Below are positions 22,030 to 31,614 of a DNA stretch of 64,000 nucleotides, piece after piece (positions within the stretch are counted from its first letter, which is position 1; every line of letters starts with the position of its first letter). The stretch is from positions 448,001 through 512,000 of the forward strand of contig CAWCKY010000007.1 in NCBI GenBank assembly GCA_963796275.1, in the 5' to 3' direction. The notes below the pieces were generated by a model. The model ran no database searches, was not told where the DNA came from, and saw only the letters and a program-made list of their open reading frames with translations. This DNA is from an uncultured Acidobacteriota bacterium. GTDB taxonomy: Bacteria > Acidobacteriota > Blastocatellia > RBC074. The translations under genes and the position numbers were made by a program.

Positions 22030-23010
22030 ATGGCGAGACTGACGATGAAATTTGCACTTGTATGTATTTCAATTTCTATTTTTATGATCCAGGGCGATTT
22101 GACGGCGCGAGCCTTCAAGCCCGAAACGGAAGACAAAGGCTATCGCGTGCTCGGAGCTGACAAAAAGCGCGTCGCGATTGTGAACGCCAAGGGTGAGATC
22201 GAATGGGAGATCCCTAACGAGGCGCGTGAAACGCACGACATTCAGATGCTCCCTGGCGGGAATGTTCTCTTTCAGACGAGCTATACGACCGTCGTCGAAG
22301 TCAACCGCGACAAACAGGTCGTCTGGCAGTACGAAGCTAAGCCGAAAGACGGCTACACGGGGCGCGTTGAAATCCACTCTTATCAGCGTCTGAAGAATGG
22401 GTTGACCATGGTAGCCGAGAGCGGCAATGCGCGCATCGTTGAAGTGGACAAAAAAGGCGCGATCGCCAATACGCTCGTTTTGACCATAGACAAACCCAAC
22501 GCGCACCGCGACACGCGGATGGTGCGCAAGCTCGACAACGGCCACTACCTGGTCTGCCACGAGGGCGACGGCAAGCTTCGCGAGTACGATTCCGCCGGCA
22601 AGGTAGTGTGGAGCTATGATATGGATTTGAATGGCCGGCCCGCTTCGCCCGGCCATGGCACTGAAGGCCACGGCACTGCGGTCTTCGGCGCGATACGGCG
22701 GTCGAACGGCAACACGCTGATTGCCGGCGGGAACAACAACCGCGTTATCGAAGTCACGCCTGCTGGAAAAATCGTCTGGAGCATCGATCAGAAAGAGCTT
22801 CCCGGCATCACGCTCGCCTGGGTGACGACGTTGCAGCTTTTACCGAACGGGAACCTGATCTTCGGCAACACGCACGCCGGTCCGGATAACCCGCAACTCA
22901 TCGAAGTTACACGCGATAAGAAGGTTGTGTGGACTTTCAAGGACTTTCAAAACTTCGGTAATAATCTGGTGGCGGCGCAGGTTCTCATTCAAGGAAAAGT
23001 GATTCGATAA
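22030..23010 (+). CDS. Secreted beta-propeller protein (arylsulfotransferase/PQQ-like repeats)
   Basis: Signal peptide; repeated L(P/K)NGNxLI...RVIEVx..GKIVW units; AGGAGG RBS. Confidence 0.7.
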   Translation: MARLTMKFALVCISISIFMIQGDLTARAFKPETEDKGYRVLGADKKRVAIVNAKGEIEWEIPNEARETHDIQMLPGGNVLFQTSYTTVVEVNRDKQVVWQYEAKPKDGYTGRVEIHSYQRLKNGLTMVAESGNARIVEVDKKGAIANTLVLTIDKPNAHRDTRMVRKLDNGHYLVCHEGDGKLREYDSAGKVVWSYDMDLNGRPASPGHGTEGHGTAVFGAIRRSNGNTLIAGGNNNRVIEVTPAGKIVWSIDQKELPGITLAWVTTLQLLPNGNLIFGNTHAGPDNPQLIEVTRDKKVVWTFKDFQNFGNNLVAAQVLIQGKVIR

Positions 23011-23027
23011 TTGATCGGGATAACCGT

Positions 23028-24731
23028 ATGTTTCGGGAGAAGTGTTGGATAAATTCGCCTTCCACCCGGTACGTCTATCGGGCGTCTTGCGTATTATCCC
23101 TGCTCATTATCAATTATGCTTGCCCCTACGTTTTCCCCACCTCGGCGTTCGCGCAAGAGCCTGCGGGTCCGACCGCTGCCTGGCATCGGAAGGAGGGAAT
23201 CCACTATCTTCAAAATCGCGAGGCTCAGAAAGCCCTCGAGCATTTCCGCGCTGCTGCGCAGTTGGACGCGCAGGACGCCGAATCACGATTCTATGCCGGC
23301 GCCATTCTCGTCGATTCAGGGAAATCGGAAGCTGCCATCTCCGAACTTCTGCAAGCTATCGCCTTAAATCCCGGGCTACATCTATCTCATTACTATCTAG
23401 CGCTCGCCTTGGAACGGACGGGGCGTCAAGGGGAGGCGATTGTCGAATATCAGGAGGCGCTTCGCCTGAAGCCCGATTTTCACGATGCCCGATACGCCTT
23501 GAGCGCCGTCTGCTGGAAGCAGGGCGATCTGGATGGCGCCATACTCTTGCTGCGCGAAATAACGGAGGCGAATCCGGGCTTCGCCGAAGGACACTTCAAT
23601 CTAGCGCTCGCGCTGAAGCAAAAAGGCAACCTGGACGAGGCTGTTAACGAGCTTCAAATTGCCCTCAAGCTGCAGCCTGATCAACCTAGAACCTATCTTG
23701 TGTTGGGCCAGACGCTGGCCGAGAAAAAAAAGATGACGGAAGCGGTACAGGCGCTGCAAAGGGCCGTTGAACTCGCCCCCGCCGATCCCGAGTACAGATA
23801 TAACCTGGGGATTGCGCTCAAACAGAAGGACGAACTGGACGCAGCAGAAACAGAGTTTCGTGATGCCCTCAAGCTCAATCCCAGGTACACGCCGGCTCGC
23901 CGGGCGCTCGGTCTTGTTCTGCGCCAGAAGGGCGATCTGCAAGCATCGATCGTGGAGCTGCGTGCGGCGGTCGCCGAACGTCCTGACGATGCAGAGGCGC
24001 GGCATAATCTGGGGACAGCGCTCTTCAAGATCGATGATCTGGGAGGAGCCATCAGCGAGTTGGGTCAGGCAGTACGGTTGGCCCCTCTCCTTTCCGAGGC
24101 CCGCATCAATCTGGCCCAGGCGCTGCGCAAAGCCGGAAATGTGGAACAGGCGCGCAAGGAGCTGGAGGCATCACAAAACATTCTCACTCGGAAAACGAAT
24201 GCCGGCAGGGCGCTGGTCCTCTCCGAATCGGCTGCTCAGCATTTGAAGAGCGGAGATTTGACAAAAGCCATCGAACGGCTCCGTGAAGCCACGACGCTCG
24301 ACCCGGAGCTGTTCGACGCGCAATGGTCTCTGTCGTCAGCTTTGCGGCGAGCTTCGGCAGATTCGGGCGAGATCAGCAAAGTGCTCGGGCGCGCGATAGA
24401 AATAAATCCCCGGCACGCGGGCGCCCATCACCAACTCGGACTCGAATATGAAAAACAGGGAAAGAAGTCAGAAGCAATCGCGGAGTACCGGATTGCGGTC
24501 GAACTTGCACCGAGCCTGATCGAAGCCAGGCGCGCGTTGGGGAAGGCGGCGATAGCTATCAAGGATTGGGAGTTGGCCGCCTCACAGTTGCGCGCCCTCA
24601 TTGCCTGGGCGCCCCGCGACGCTGATGCTCATTATCAATTGAGCGTGGCCCTTAAAGCCGCAGGCAGGGGCGCCGAAGCTGAACGCGAACTTCAGACAGC
24701 TAGAAAACTGAATCCATCACATAAGTATTGA
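23028..24731 (+). CDS. Exported tetratricopeptide repeat protein
   Basis: Many 34-aa TPR units (e.g. AEGHFNLALALKQKGNLDEAVNELQIALKLQP); N-terminal hydrophobic segment ending AFA-Q. Confidence 0.9.
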   Translation: MFREKCWINSPSTRYVYRASCVLSLLIINYACPYVFPTSAFAQEPAGPTAAWHRKEGIHYLQNREAQKALEHFRAAAQLDAQDAESRFYAGAILVDSGKSEAAISELLQAIALNPGLHLSHYYLALALERTGRQGEAIVEYQEALRLKPDFHDARYALSAVCWKQGDLDGAILLLREITEANPGFAEGHFNLALALKQKGNLDEAVNELQIALKLQPDQPRTYLVLGQTLAEKKKMTEAVQALQRAVELAPADPEYRYNLGIALKQKDELDAAETEFRDALKLNPRYTPARRALGLVLRQKGDLQASIVELRAAVAERPDDAEARHNLGTALFKIDDLGGAISELGQAVRLAPLLSEARINLAQALRKAGNVEQARKELEASQNILTRKTNAGRALVLSESAAQHLKSGDLTKAIERLREATTLDPELFDAQWSLSSALRRASADSGEISKVLGRAIEINPRHAGAHHQLGLEYEKQGKKSEAIAEYRIAVELAPSLIEARRALGKAAIAIKDWELAASQLRALIAWAPRDADAHYQLSVALKAAGRGAEAERELQTARKLNPSHKY

Positions 24732-24940
24732 TTGATGGATTTGTTTGATACCGAGCGTTGCAGCGATACGCACGGAAAAGTTGAGCACCGGAACTCAAGC
24801 GTCGCTGACGCGACGCGGGATAATTTGCGTGTCTACCGTGGGTTGAAACCCACGGCTACAATCAGCCGCCGCTAACGCGGCGAAGAAAGGGTACATCGGT
24901 GCGTCGCAAGGTGAGGGAACTCGCCGACCGTGGTTTGAAA

Positions 24941-25105
24941 TCTACACAAATCTGAGATACTCGCAATTCAACTAAAATGCGGGAGGTTATACATAATGAT
25001 TGCCTCCTCTAAGCCCGGTAAAACCGGGCTTAGGAGCTGCCTATCATTCTGTGCCGTCTCTTGCCATCGAAGGATTTCAAAATCAGAGTTGTGTAGATAC
25101 CAATG
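24941..25105. mobile_element. MITE (non-autonomous IS4/IS50-group relative), copy 1, left IR eroded
   Basis: Right end AGTTGTGTAGATACCAATG matches the IS right IR AAATGTGTAGATACCAGTG; left TCTACACAAATCTGA; internal hairpin CTAAGCCCGGT-AAA-ACCGGGCTTAG. Confidence 0.75.
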
Positions 25106-25206
25106 TGGTTGAAACCCACGGCTACAATCAGCCGCCGCTAACGCGGCGAAGAAAGGGTACATCGGTGCGTCGCAAGGTGAGGGAACTCGCCGACCGTGGT
25201 TTGAAA

Positions 25207-25371
25207 TCTACACAAATCTGAGAATCTCGCAATTCAACTAAAATGCGGGAGGTTATACATAATGATTGCCTCCTCTAAGCCCGGTAAAACCGGGCTTAGG
25301 AGCTGCCTATCATTCTGTGCCGTCTCTTGCCATCGAAGGATTTCAAAATCAGAGTTGTGTAGATACCAATG
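25207..25371. mobile_element. MITE copy 2 (tandem duplicate of copy 1)
   Basis: Near-identical to 24941-25105; followed by GGTTGAAACC, the reverse complement of the IS TSD. Confidence 0.75.
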
Positions 25372-25649
25372 GGTTGAAACCCACGGCTACAATCATGCCG
25401 TCGCTACGCGACGAAGAAGTATTTTATGCAAAAATCTGACGGGTAATGACAAGGGCTCCCACCACGATGGGAATGCCATATGGATATGAATCGAATCTTG
25501 AAGTGATGCGAGAGTAGCAAATTGGTACCGATCGATCTCTCAACACCGTGGTTGAAATCTTATCAATTTATCAATACCCAAATTTGAACACGAATGCACA
25601 CCTTCTTCGTCGCGTAGCGACGGTGTGATTGTAGCCGTGGGTTTCAACC

Positions 25650-27044
25650 CACTGGTATCTACACAAGTTTTTGCGTTTGGTTGCAAAGAGTTATCGCAAT
25701 CAAACCTACCGAAGAATATGCTCTTTGAATGTTTCTCCTCAAACCTCCATTTGACCCCCGTTTGCAAAGACGGTATGAGAGGCTGGTGAATGAACATCTC
25801 CATACAAGCGAGAATCAAGCTGCTGGATCGCGTGCGCTGCCGAGCGTTAATGAAGCGTTTGCCAGCACGCAAGCGGCCTGGCGATTTTATGCCAACCCCA
25901 ATGTGAAGCTGACGGGGCTGGTCGAACCGTTGGTAGAACAAGCTCGGCGGGAGATGCCGCTTGTCTGTCGACGGTATGGACTGGCGATCCACGACTGGTC
26001 TGATCTGCGCTACGGAACGCACACGAGCAAGAAGGATCGGAAAAAAATCGGCAGCGACTTGGGCTACAAACTGGCGACCACGTTGCTGCTGAGCGACCAG
26101 AGCGGGGCGCCGATAGCGCCGATCAGCCTTGGGCTGTGGGCCAATGATGGATGGCACACAACGCTTGATGAAGAGAGGCACAGAGATTGGTCGCCCCTGG
26201 GATTGGTGAGCCAGACAATGCGGGCTTCGCAGAAGCAAAAACTGTCGTTGCCGCTGGTCCACATCATTGATCGGGAAGGCGACTCGATCTTTCACTATCG
26301 TCAATGGAATAGTGAAGGCCATCTGTTTGAAGTACGTGCCAACGGGGAACAGAGAGTTGTTTGGCAGGAGCGGACACAACCGTTGAGCCAGGTCGCAGCA
26401 CAGGTCGCCTTGCGCGCTAGCCAAGCGGTAGAGATTTCGGCCAATCTCATTGGGCAACTGTTTGTGGGCGAAACCAGCATCGTCATTGATCGTCCGGCCT
26501 TTCCCCGCGCGCGCGACGGGGGCAAGCGTCAATGGATCAAAGGTGAGCCGCTCGAACTGCGCTTGATTGTCTGTCAACTGCGCTTGCCCGATGAAACGAT
26601 TGCGGCTGAATGGTACTTGCTCAGTAACGTGCCGGCTGGCATCAGCGCTGAGCAACTGGCCGAATGGTACTACTGGCGCTGGAGAATTGAATCTTACTTC
26701 AAGTTGCTTAAAAGCCATGGTTTCCAAGTCGACCAGTGGCAGCAGGAAACTGCTGAGGCGATTGCCAAACGTTTGTTGGTGGTGGCCATGGCTTGTGTCG
26801 TAGTCTGGCACATCCAACGCGCAACGAATCCGCAGACGGTCACCCTGCGCAATCTCTTGGTGCGATTGAGCGGTCGACAAGTTCGGCGTGGGCAACCCAC
26901 TGCACCAGCATTGTTGGCTGGGTTTTGGAGTTTCTTGTCGACACTTGAATTGCTCGAACATTATGACCTCAATGACCTTAAACAGATGGCCCGGCTCATT
27001 GTGCCAGGCTATTCCTAACCGTCGGAAATGTGTAGATACCAGTG
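25650..27044 (+). mobile_element. IS4-family (IS50/Tn5-like) insertion sequence, 1395 bp, inserted in a REP palindrome
   Basis: IRL CACTGGTATCTACACAAGT (25650-25668); IRR AAATGTGTAGATACCAGTG (27026-27044); direct repeat GGTTTCAACC at 25640-25649 and 27045-27054. Confidence 0.88.
25729..27018 (+). CDS. IS4-family DDE transposase (Tn5-like)
   Basis: FDPRLQRRY N-terminus, AIHDWS, HIIDREGD, and YREK signature YYWRWRIESYFKLLKS. Confidence 0.92.
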   Translation: MFLLKPPFDPRLQRRYERLVNEHLHTSENQAAGSRALPSVNEAFASTQAAWRFYANPNVKLTGLVEPLVEQARREMPLVCRRYGLAIHDWSDLRYGTHTSKKDRKKIGSDLGYKLATTLLLSDQSGAPIAPISLGLWANDGWHTTLDEERHRDWSPLGLVSQTMRASQKQKLSLPLVHIIDREGDSIFHYRQWNSEGHLFEVRANGEQRVVWQERTQPLSQVAAQVALRASQAVEISANLIGQLFVGETSIVIDRPAFPRARDGGKRQWIKGEPLELRLIVCQLRLPDETIAAEWYLLSNVPAGISAEQLAEWYYWRWRIESYFKLLKSHGFQVDQWQQETAEAIAKRLLVVAMACVVVWHIQRATNPQTVTLRNLLVRLSGRQVRRGQPTAPALLAGFWSFLSTLELLEHYDLNDLKQMARLIVPGYS

Positions 27045-27105
27045 GGTTTCAACCCACGGTAGGTAAGCAATTTTATTCCGCGTCGCGTCAGCGACGCCTG
27101 AATTT
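27045..27105. repeat. Distal part of the REP family A element split by the IS
   Basis: CCGCGTCGCGTCAGCGACGC is the reverse complement of GCGTCGCTGACGCGACGCGG at ~24799-24818. Confidence 0.8.
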
Positions 27106-27209
27106 ACTGCGACGGATAGACATTGGACGTAATGCACACCTTATTTTATTGAGACCTCAGAATCTCTAGCGGTATTCTCTTCAGCTGATGGCTATCAGAG
27201 CGTTGATCA

Positions 27210-28220
27210 TCACGTACTCGGGAACCTCACAGTGGCGCCTGCTTCAAACTTGACAACGGCCTGATCACCAGGTCGAAGTTCGTTTTCCTGCTTCCCGATA
27301 TCCTGCTCGATTTCGAGCATAGTCCCGTCAGCGAGGACGGCCCGATATCGTATCCGTGTTCCCATATCCGAAACCGAAATCAGGCTGACCGACAATTCTT
27401 CATCCTCCGGCGGCCGGCCATTGAGTGCGCGGAGACTGGCGCGCTCCGGGCGAACTGCGACGATTCTTCGATCGACGCCTGCTCCGGCTTCAAATATCTG
27501 CCAACCGAAAAAACGCGCCACATCGACAGTCGAGGGAGATGTGTAAAACTCGCGTGGCGCTCCGGCCTGCTCAATTTTTCCATCGAGCAATAACGCGATG
27601 CGGTCGGATACCATCGCTGCTTCAACCTGATCATGGGTGACAAAGATGGTAGTAATGCCGAGACGTTTTTGCAGTTGGCTCACCTGTAAACGCAATTCGG
27701 TACGCAGGTTTTCGTCAAGCGCCGAGAACGGCTCATCCAGCAGCAACACGCGCGGTTCGGTCACCAGCGCGCGAGCCAGCGCCACGCGCTGCTCCTGGCC
27801 GCCGGAGAGTTCGCTCGGACGGCGCGATTCATAACCTTCAAGCTGCAAAAGCCTCAACATTTCAGATACTCGTTCTCGGATCTTGTCTCTTCCCCGCATT
27901 TTCAATCCGAAAGCCACATTTTCCCCCACCGTCAGATAAGGAAAGAGCAAAGGCTTTTGAAAAACCATAACCGCGCCTCGACTCTCGGTCGGAATCCCCA
28001 GCACCGATTCTCCATTGAATCGCACCTCGCCTGCGACAGGTCGCAGTAGGCCGGCGATGATCTTCAGGACGGTTGTTTTACCGCAGCCGGATGGGCCCAG
28101 CAGCGCGACCAGCTCTCCTCCGGCGACGTCGAGTGTGAAATCGCGCAGCACGGGACGATCGCCGTATTTGGCGGTCAGACGGTCGAGCGTCAATACTGTG
28201 GCGTGCGATAAGTCGCTCAT
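27210..28220 (-). CDS. ABC transporter ATP-binding protein (PotA/CysA-like, TOBE domain)
   Basis: GPSGCGKT, LSGGQ, LLLDEP; start MSDLSH overlaps the upstream stop. Confidence 0.92.
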   Translation of the reverse strand: MSDLSHATVLTLDRLTAKYGDRPVLRDFTLDVAGGELVALLGPSGCGKTTVLKIIAGLLRPVAGEVRFNGESVLGIPTESRGAVMVFQKPLLFPYLTVGENVAFGLKMRGRDKIRERVSEMLRLLQLEGYESRRPSELSGGQEQRVALARALVTEPRVLLLDEPFSALDENLRTELRLQVSQLQKRLGITTIFVTHDQVEAAMVSDRIALLLDGKIEQAGAPREFYTSPSTVDVARFFGWQIFEAGAGVDRRIVAVRPERASLRALNGRPPEDEELSVSLISVSDMGTRIRYRAVLADGTMLEIEQDIGKQENELRPGDQAVVKFEAGATVRFPST

Positions 28221-29455
28221 CTCCGCAGCACCCTCTCCGCCCAATCTTTCTCCAGCCTTTCCAGGTATCGTGTTTCGGCTTCTGGCAGCAAATGCTTCCG
28301 CAATTCGGTTTCCGAGAGAGTGGCGGGACCACGCGGTAAAGCTTCGGCCTCGGCTTTCAAACGAGCGTCCAATCGATCGAGACTGATGGGGAACTGAGTG
28401 CCGATCGCGCGACCCTGATCGATCTGGTGCTCCGGCGACATCAGGTGATTGATGACCACTAGCGCCCCCGCCAAATTGGCGGCATTGTACGGAATCGCCA
28501 GGAAGCTATAGTTGCCGATCGTCCCCTCATCGAAGACGAAGGTCCGCACCGTCGGTGGGTATTCCCCCCGCCTGATCTTCTCGGAAGCGAAGCTCGGTCC
28601 GTAGTTCATCGTAAAGTCGATCTCGTTGTTGACGAAGAGCCGGTCGGCCTCGCGCGGCGATGCGGGATAAGTTTCGCCTCGGCGCCAGAGGTAGGGCTTG
28701 AGTTCGTTGAGAAGCTCGATGGTCTGGGCAGCCGACTTCTGATAGAGCTGCTCGTCAAATCCTGCCTGAAAACCCGACGCGCCTCCTCCATAATGAAACA
28801 GTATATGGCGGATGAAGACCGAGCCGGTGAAATCCGGCGGCGCGAGATAGGTGAATCTGCCCGGATGAGCCTTGATCCAATCGCGCAGTGCGGGAATCGA
28901 CCTCGGCGGTTCGGGGACGCGGGCGGTGTCGTATGCCATTACGAATTGCGCTCGCTGCCACGGCGCTTCATATCCTTCAACCGGCGTTCCGAAATCGCGG
29001 GCGCGCGCCTGCTCGTCGTAGTATCCGGCGTTAGGCAAATAGTCGGCGAATGGCCCCCACAAAATACCGGCCTGTTTTGCGGTGCGGAAGTTCTCACCGT
29101 TGATCCAGATCATGTCGATCGATCCGCCGCCGCCTCTGCCCGCGCCTTTTTCGTTGATCAGTTTGTTGATGACTTCCGCCGTGTCGCTGTTTGGAATGAT
29201 GCGAAGCGTAATCTCGAATCTCTGTTTGAGAGCCTCCGCAACCGGTCCCTGAAAATAACGGTTGCGCTCCTCATCGCCGGCCCACATCCCGTAATTTACC
29301 GTCGTGCCGCCGGCGAGCGATACGATCTCGTCCCAGCGCAGAGATGAGAGTTGTGAAGGGCTGATCGATGGTGCCGTATCAGACACGGGACCGAGACAGC
29401 CGCCGGAGATAACAATCGAAAAAATAATCAGAAGTAATGGTATGAGTCGATTCAT
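28217..29455 (-). CDS. ynjB: ABC transporter substrate-binding lipoprotein, YnjB-like
   Basis: Lipobox ISGGC; GSIDMIWINGENF, PGRFTYLAPPDFTG, FLAIPYNA motifs recalled from the YnjB family. Confidence 0.75.
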   Translation of the reverse strand: MNRLIPLLLIIFSIVISGGCLGPVSDTAPSISPSQLSSLRWDEIVSLAGGTTVNYGMWAGDEERNRYFQGPVAEALKQRFEITLRIIPNSDTAEVINKLINEKGAGRGGGGSIDMIWINGENFRTAKQAGILWGPFADYLPNAGYYDEQARARDFGTPVEGYEAPWQRAQFVMAYDTARVPEPPRSIPALRDWIKAHPGRFTYLAPPDFTGSVFIRHILFHYGGGASGFQAGFDEQLYQKSAAQTIELLNELKPYLWRRGETYPASPREADRLFVNNEIDFTMNYGPSFASEKIRRGEYPPTVRTFVFDEGTIGNYSFLAIPYNAANLAGALVVINHLMSPEHQIDQGRAIGTQFPISLDRLDARLKAEAEALPRGPATLSETELRKHLLPEAETRYLERLEKDWAERVLRR

Positions 29456-29595
29456 TGGATAAGTGCGTGTTTAAAGTCTCTGCGAAAGCTCCTGGCCTGG
29501 TAAGTGTTAAATCAATCATCACGCCCTATATAAGGACGCGAGAGCCGTTCATATCGGGGCTTGGTGGTTATTGTGAACTCGACCAGGGGCTTCGC

Positions 29596-30420
29596 TTATA
29601 TTGTGCCTCTTGGGGGCTTCAGATCGTTCCTCGACATGAGTCTGGCGACCATCCCCAAAGCCGTCAGCCCGGAAACCAAAAAGACTATCGATAATGATGC
29701 GGTCACGGCTTCATCGCCGCTGCGCTGAAAAGCGACCAGTGACAACGGCAGCGTGATGATGCGCCCGCCGCCGATCAGCAATGTCGTCAGATACTGGCTC
29801 AACGAAATGAGAAATGCGAACGAAGCCGCGACCGCCAGCCCAGGCAGGATGGCAGGGATGGTCACATGGCGCCAGACCTTGAGCCGCGATGCCCCCAGCG
29901 TGCGCGCCTGCGACTCGAGGTCGGGATCGAGTCGAGAAAAACTGCCTGCCAGCATGAGCGTTGAATAAGGCACAGCCGGAACCAGATGGGCCAGCACGAC
30001 ACCGATTACCGTATCCGTCAGCCCATATCGTAAAAAAATTGCCTGCATTCCCATGGTGGCCGCGAGCGGCGGCGACAGAACCGGCAATAACAGCGCAAAC
30101 AGCATGATCCGCTTGCCCCTGAACTCGTAAAGCGCCAGCGCGCGGGCCGCCGGCAATGCCACCATCAATGCAAAAAGAGTGACGGAAATGGCGATGCCCA
30201 CGCTGAGCGACACTGCATTGAAGACCTCGGTTGAGGGCGAGAAGACGTAATCCCACGCGCGCAGACTCCACTCGCGGGGCAGCAATGCGGGCCAGAACCA
30301 GGCGCGGGCCAGCGACCAGAGGGCGAGCAACGCCAGGGGAATCACGGCCACTCCGATCACCGCCATAACCGCGCCGATTCGCAGAATGTGTTGAGGTTGT
30401 CTGCCGGCTGATTCGTGCAT
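29596..30420 (-). CDS. ABC transporter permease (BPD_transp_1)
   Basis: Multi-TM; EAA-like motif LESQARTLGAS. Confidence 0.88.
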   Translation of the reverse strand: MHESAGRQPQHILRIGAVMAVIGVAVIPLALLALWSLARAWFWPALLPREWSLRAWDYVFSPSTEVFNAVSLSVGIAISVTLFALMVALPAARALALYEFRGKRIMLFALLLPVLSPPLAATMGMQAIFLRYGLTDTVIGVVLAHLVPAVPYSTLMLAGSFSRLDPDLESQARTLGASRLKVWRHVTIPAILPGLAVAASFAFLISLSQYLTTLLIGGGRIITLPLSLVAFQRSGDEAVTASLSIVFLVSGLTALGMVARLMSRNDLKPPRGTI

Positions 30421-30428
30421 TCGATAAC

Positions 30429-31310
30429 TCAGAAAATTAGGGGCTTTTCCGTTCCGGCCAGTCTTCGCGCCAGACGAAGATAGAGCCAGACGAAGAAGGC
30501 AGCGATGGCGGAAATCACGATCGCGACCGCAATCGCACCAGGACGTTCGGCTAAATTCACGTCAAGGTAGCGGCGCTGCGCCACTACCGAAAGCATCGCC
30601 GGATAGGGGCGCCCAAGCAAGTACGGCACTTCGAAGGCCCCGAAGACGAAGGCGAAGACGACCAGTGAGGCCGAAACAGCAGCTGGCGCGACCAATGGCA
30701 GAGTCACATAACGAAGCCGCTGCCAGACGGATGCTCCCAGAGTTCCGGCCAGGGCCTCATATTCATCACCCAGGCGCAGCAGCAGCGCCAGCGTCATGGT
30801 CGCGACGAAAGGAGTCTCCTTAAGTACGTAGGCAATTATGATCCCGGCGCCGTAGCGGTCGTTGATCAGCGCTGGGAAATCTGCGGGACCGTCGATCAGC
30901 CCCGCCGCATAGAATACACGCGCGATCAGACCGCTGGGCGCAATGATGTTGATCAGCGCTACGGCCATGACCAGATGCGGAACGGCCAAAGGAACCTGCA
31001 GCCAGAAATTGAGCGTCCGATGCCGACCCACCAGCCCGCGCAAGGCCAAAGCAATGGCCAGACCGGCCGCCGCGGAGATGATCGTGGCTGCCGTCGCTAT
31101 CATCAACGTCACTAACAGCGACATGCGAAACTCCATGTCAAACCAGAGTTGGAGATAATGCGCCAGCGTGAAACCGCCTTCCCCAATAGGCGCGTAGTAA
31201 CCGAGGCTTTGCGCAATCGCGATCACCAGCCCTCCGGCAAAGAGCAGGCCGATCACCAGCAATGCCGGCCCTAGCAGCAAAACGACGGTAAATTTTGAAG
31301 ATAATTTCAT
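30429..31310 (-). CDS. ABC transporter permease (BPD_transp_1, YnjC-like half)
   Basis: Multi-TM; YEALAGTLGAS; FGAFEVPYLLG. Confidence 0.88.
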   Translation of the reverse strand: MKLSSKFTVVLLLGPALLVIGLLFAGGLVIAIAQSLGYYAPIGEGGFTLAHYLQLWFDMEFRMSLLVTLMIATAATIISAAAGLAIALALRGLVGRHRTLNFWLQVPLAVPHLVMAVALINIIAPSGLIARVFYAAGLIDGPADFPALINDRYGAGIIIAYVLKETPFVATMTLALLLRLGDEYEALAGTLGASVWQRLRYVTLPLVAPAAVSASLVVFAFVFGAFEVPYLLGRPYPAMLSVVAQRRYLDVNLAERPGAIAVAIVISAIAAFFVWLYLRLARRLAGTEKPLIF

Positions 31311-31614
31311 GATCCCGTGAAGCCCAAATCGCCCACCGCCTGGTTGATCCCGATTCCTCGCCTGCCACACCCGATTGAACCTTTCTTCCTAACCACGTTC
31401 AAGCCATCTTAACCCCATACAAGACGCGATTCTTCCACTTGTGATTAATATTTTCGTTCATTGCTAAAACGCTTGACTTGCGTGCTCGAATGTACACAAT
31501 TCGAAACACCTAAAGCCAATCTTGTATGAAAAAAACAATCAATTGAATACAGCTGAATACAGCTTTTCCTGGTTGACCCGACAGATCGACCATAACTACA
31601 GAGAGGATGGCGTT

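Larger units (their letters stand above)
24793..25649. repeat. Cluster of GTAG-type REP family A elements (core CCGTGGGTTGAAACCCACGGCTAC) in direct and inverted orientation, with a ~266-bp tandem duplication
   Basis: GGTTGAAACCCACGGCTACAATCA at 24841, 25107 and 25372; inverted copy at 25602-25649 continues after the IS at 27045-27105. Confidence 0.85.

Noticed and set aside
24841-25395. CRISPR array
   Set aside because: The intervening sequences are near-identical and ~240 bp long, and no cas genes are present; explained as a REP+MITE tandem duplication
25262-25489. Small peptide initiated in the MITE (GGAGG-N9-ATG)
   Set aside because: Runs through the IR and REP into unrelated flank and ends differently in each copy; no evidence of coding constraint
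31311-31520. TPP or cobalamin riboswitch upstream of the ABC operon or TBDR
   Set aside because: Conserved cores (CTGAGA...ACCTGA for TPP; B12 box) not found by eye on either strand; an Infernal/Rfam scan would be decisive
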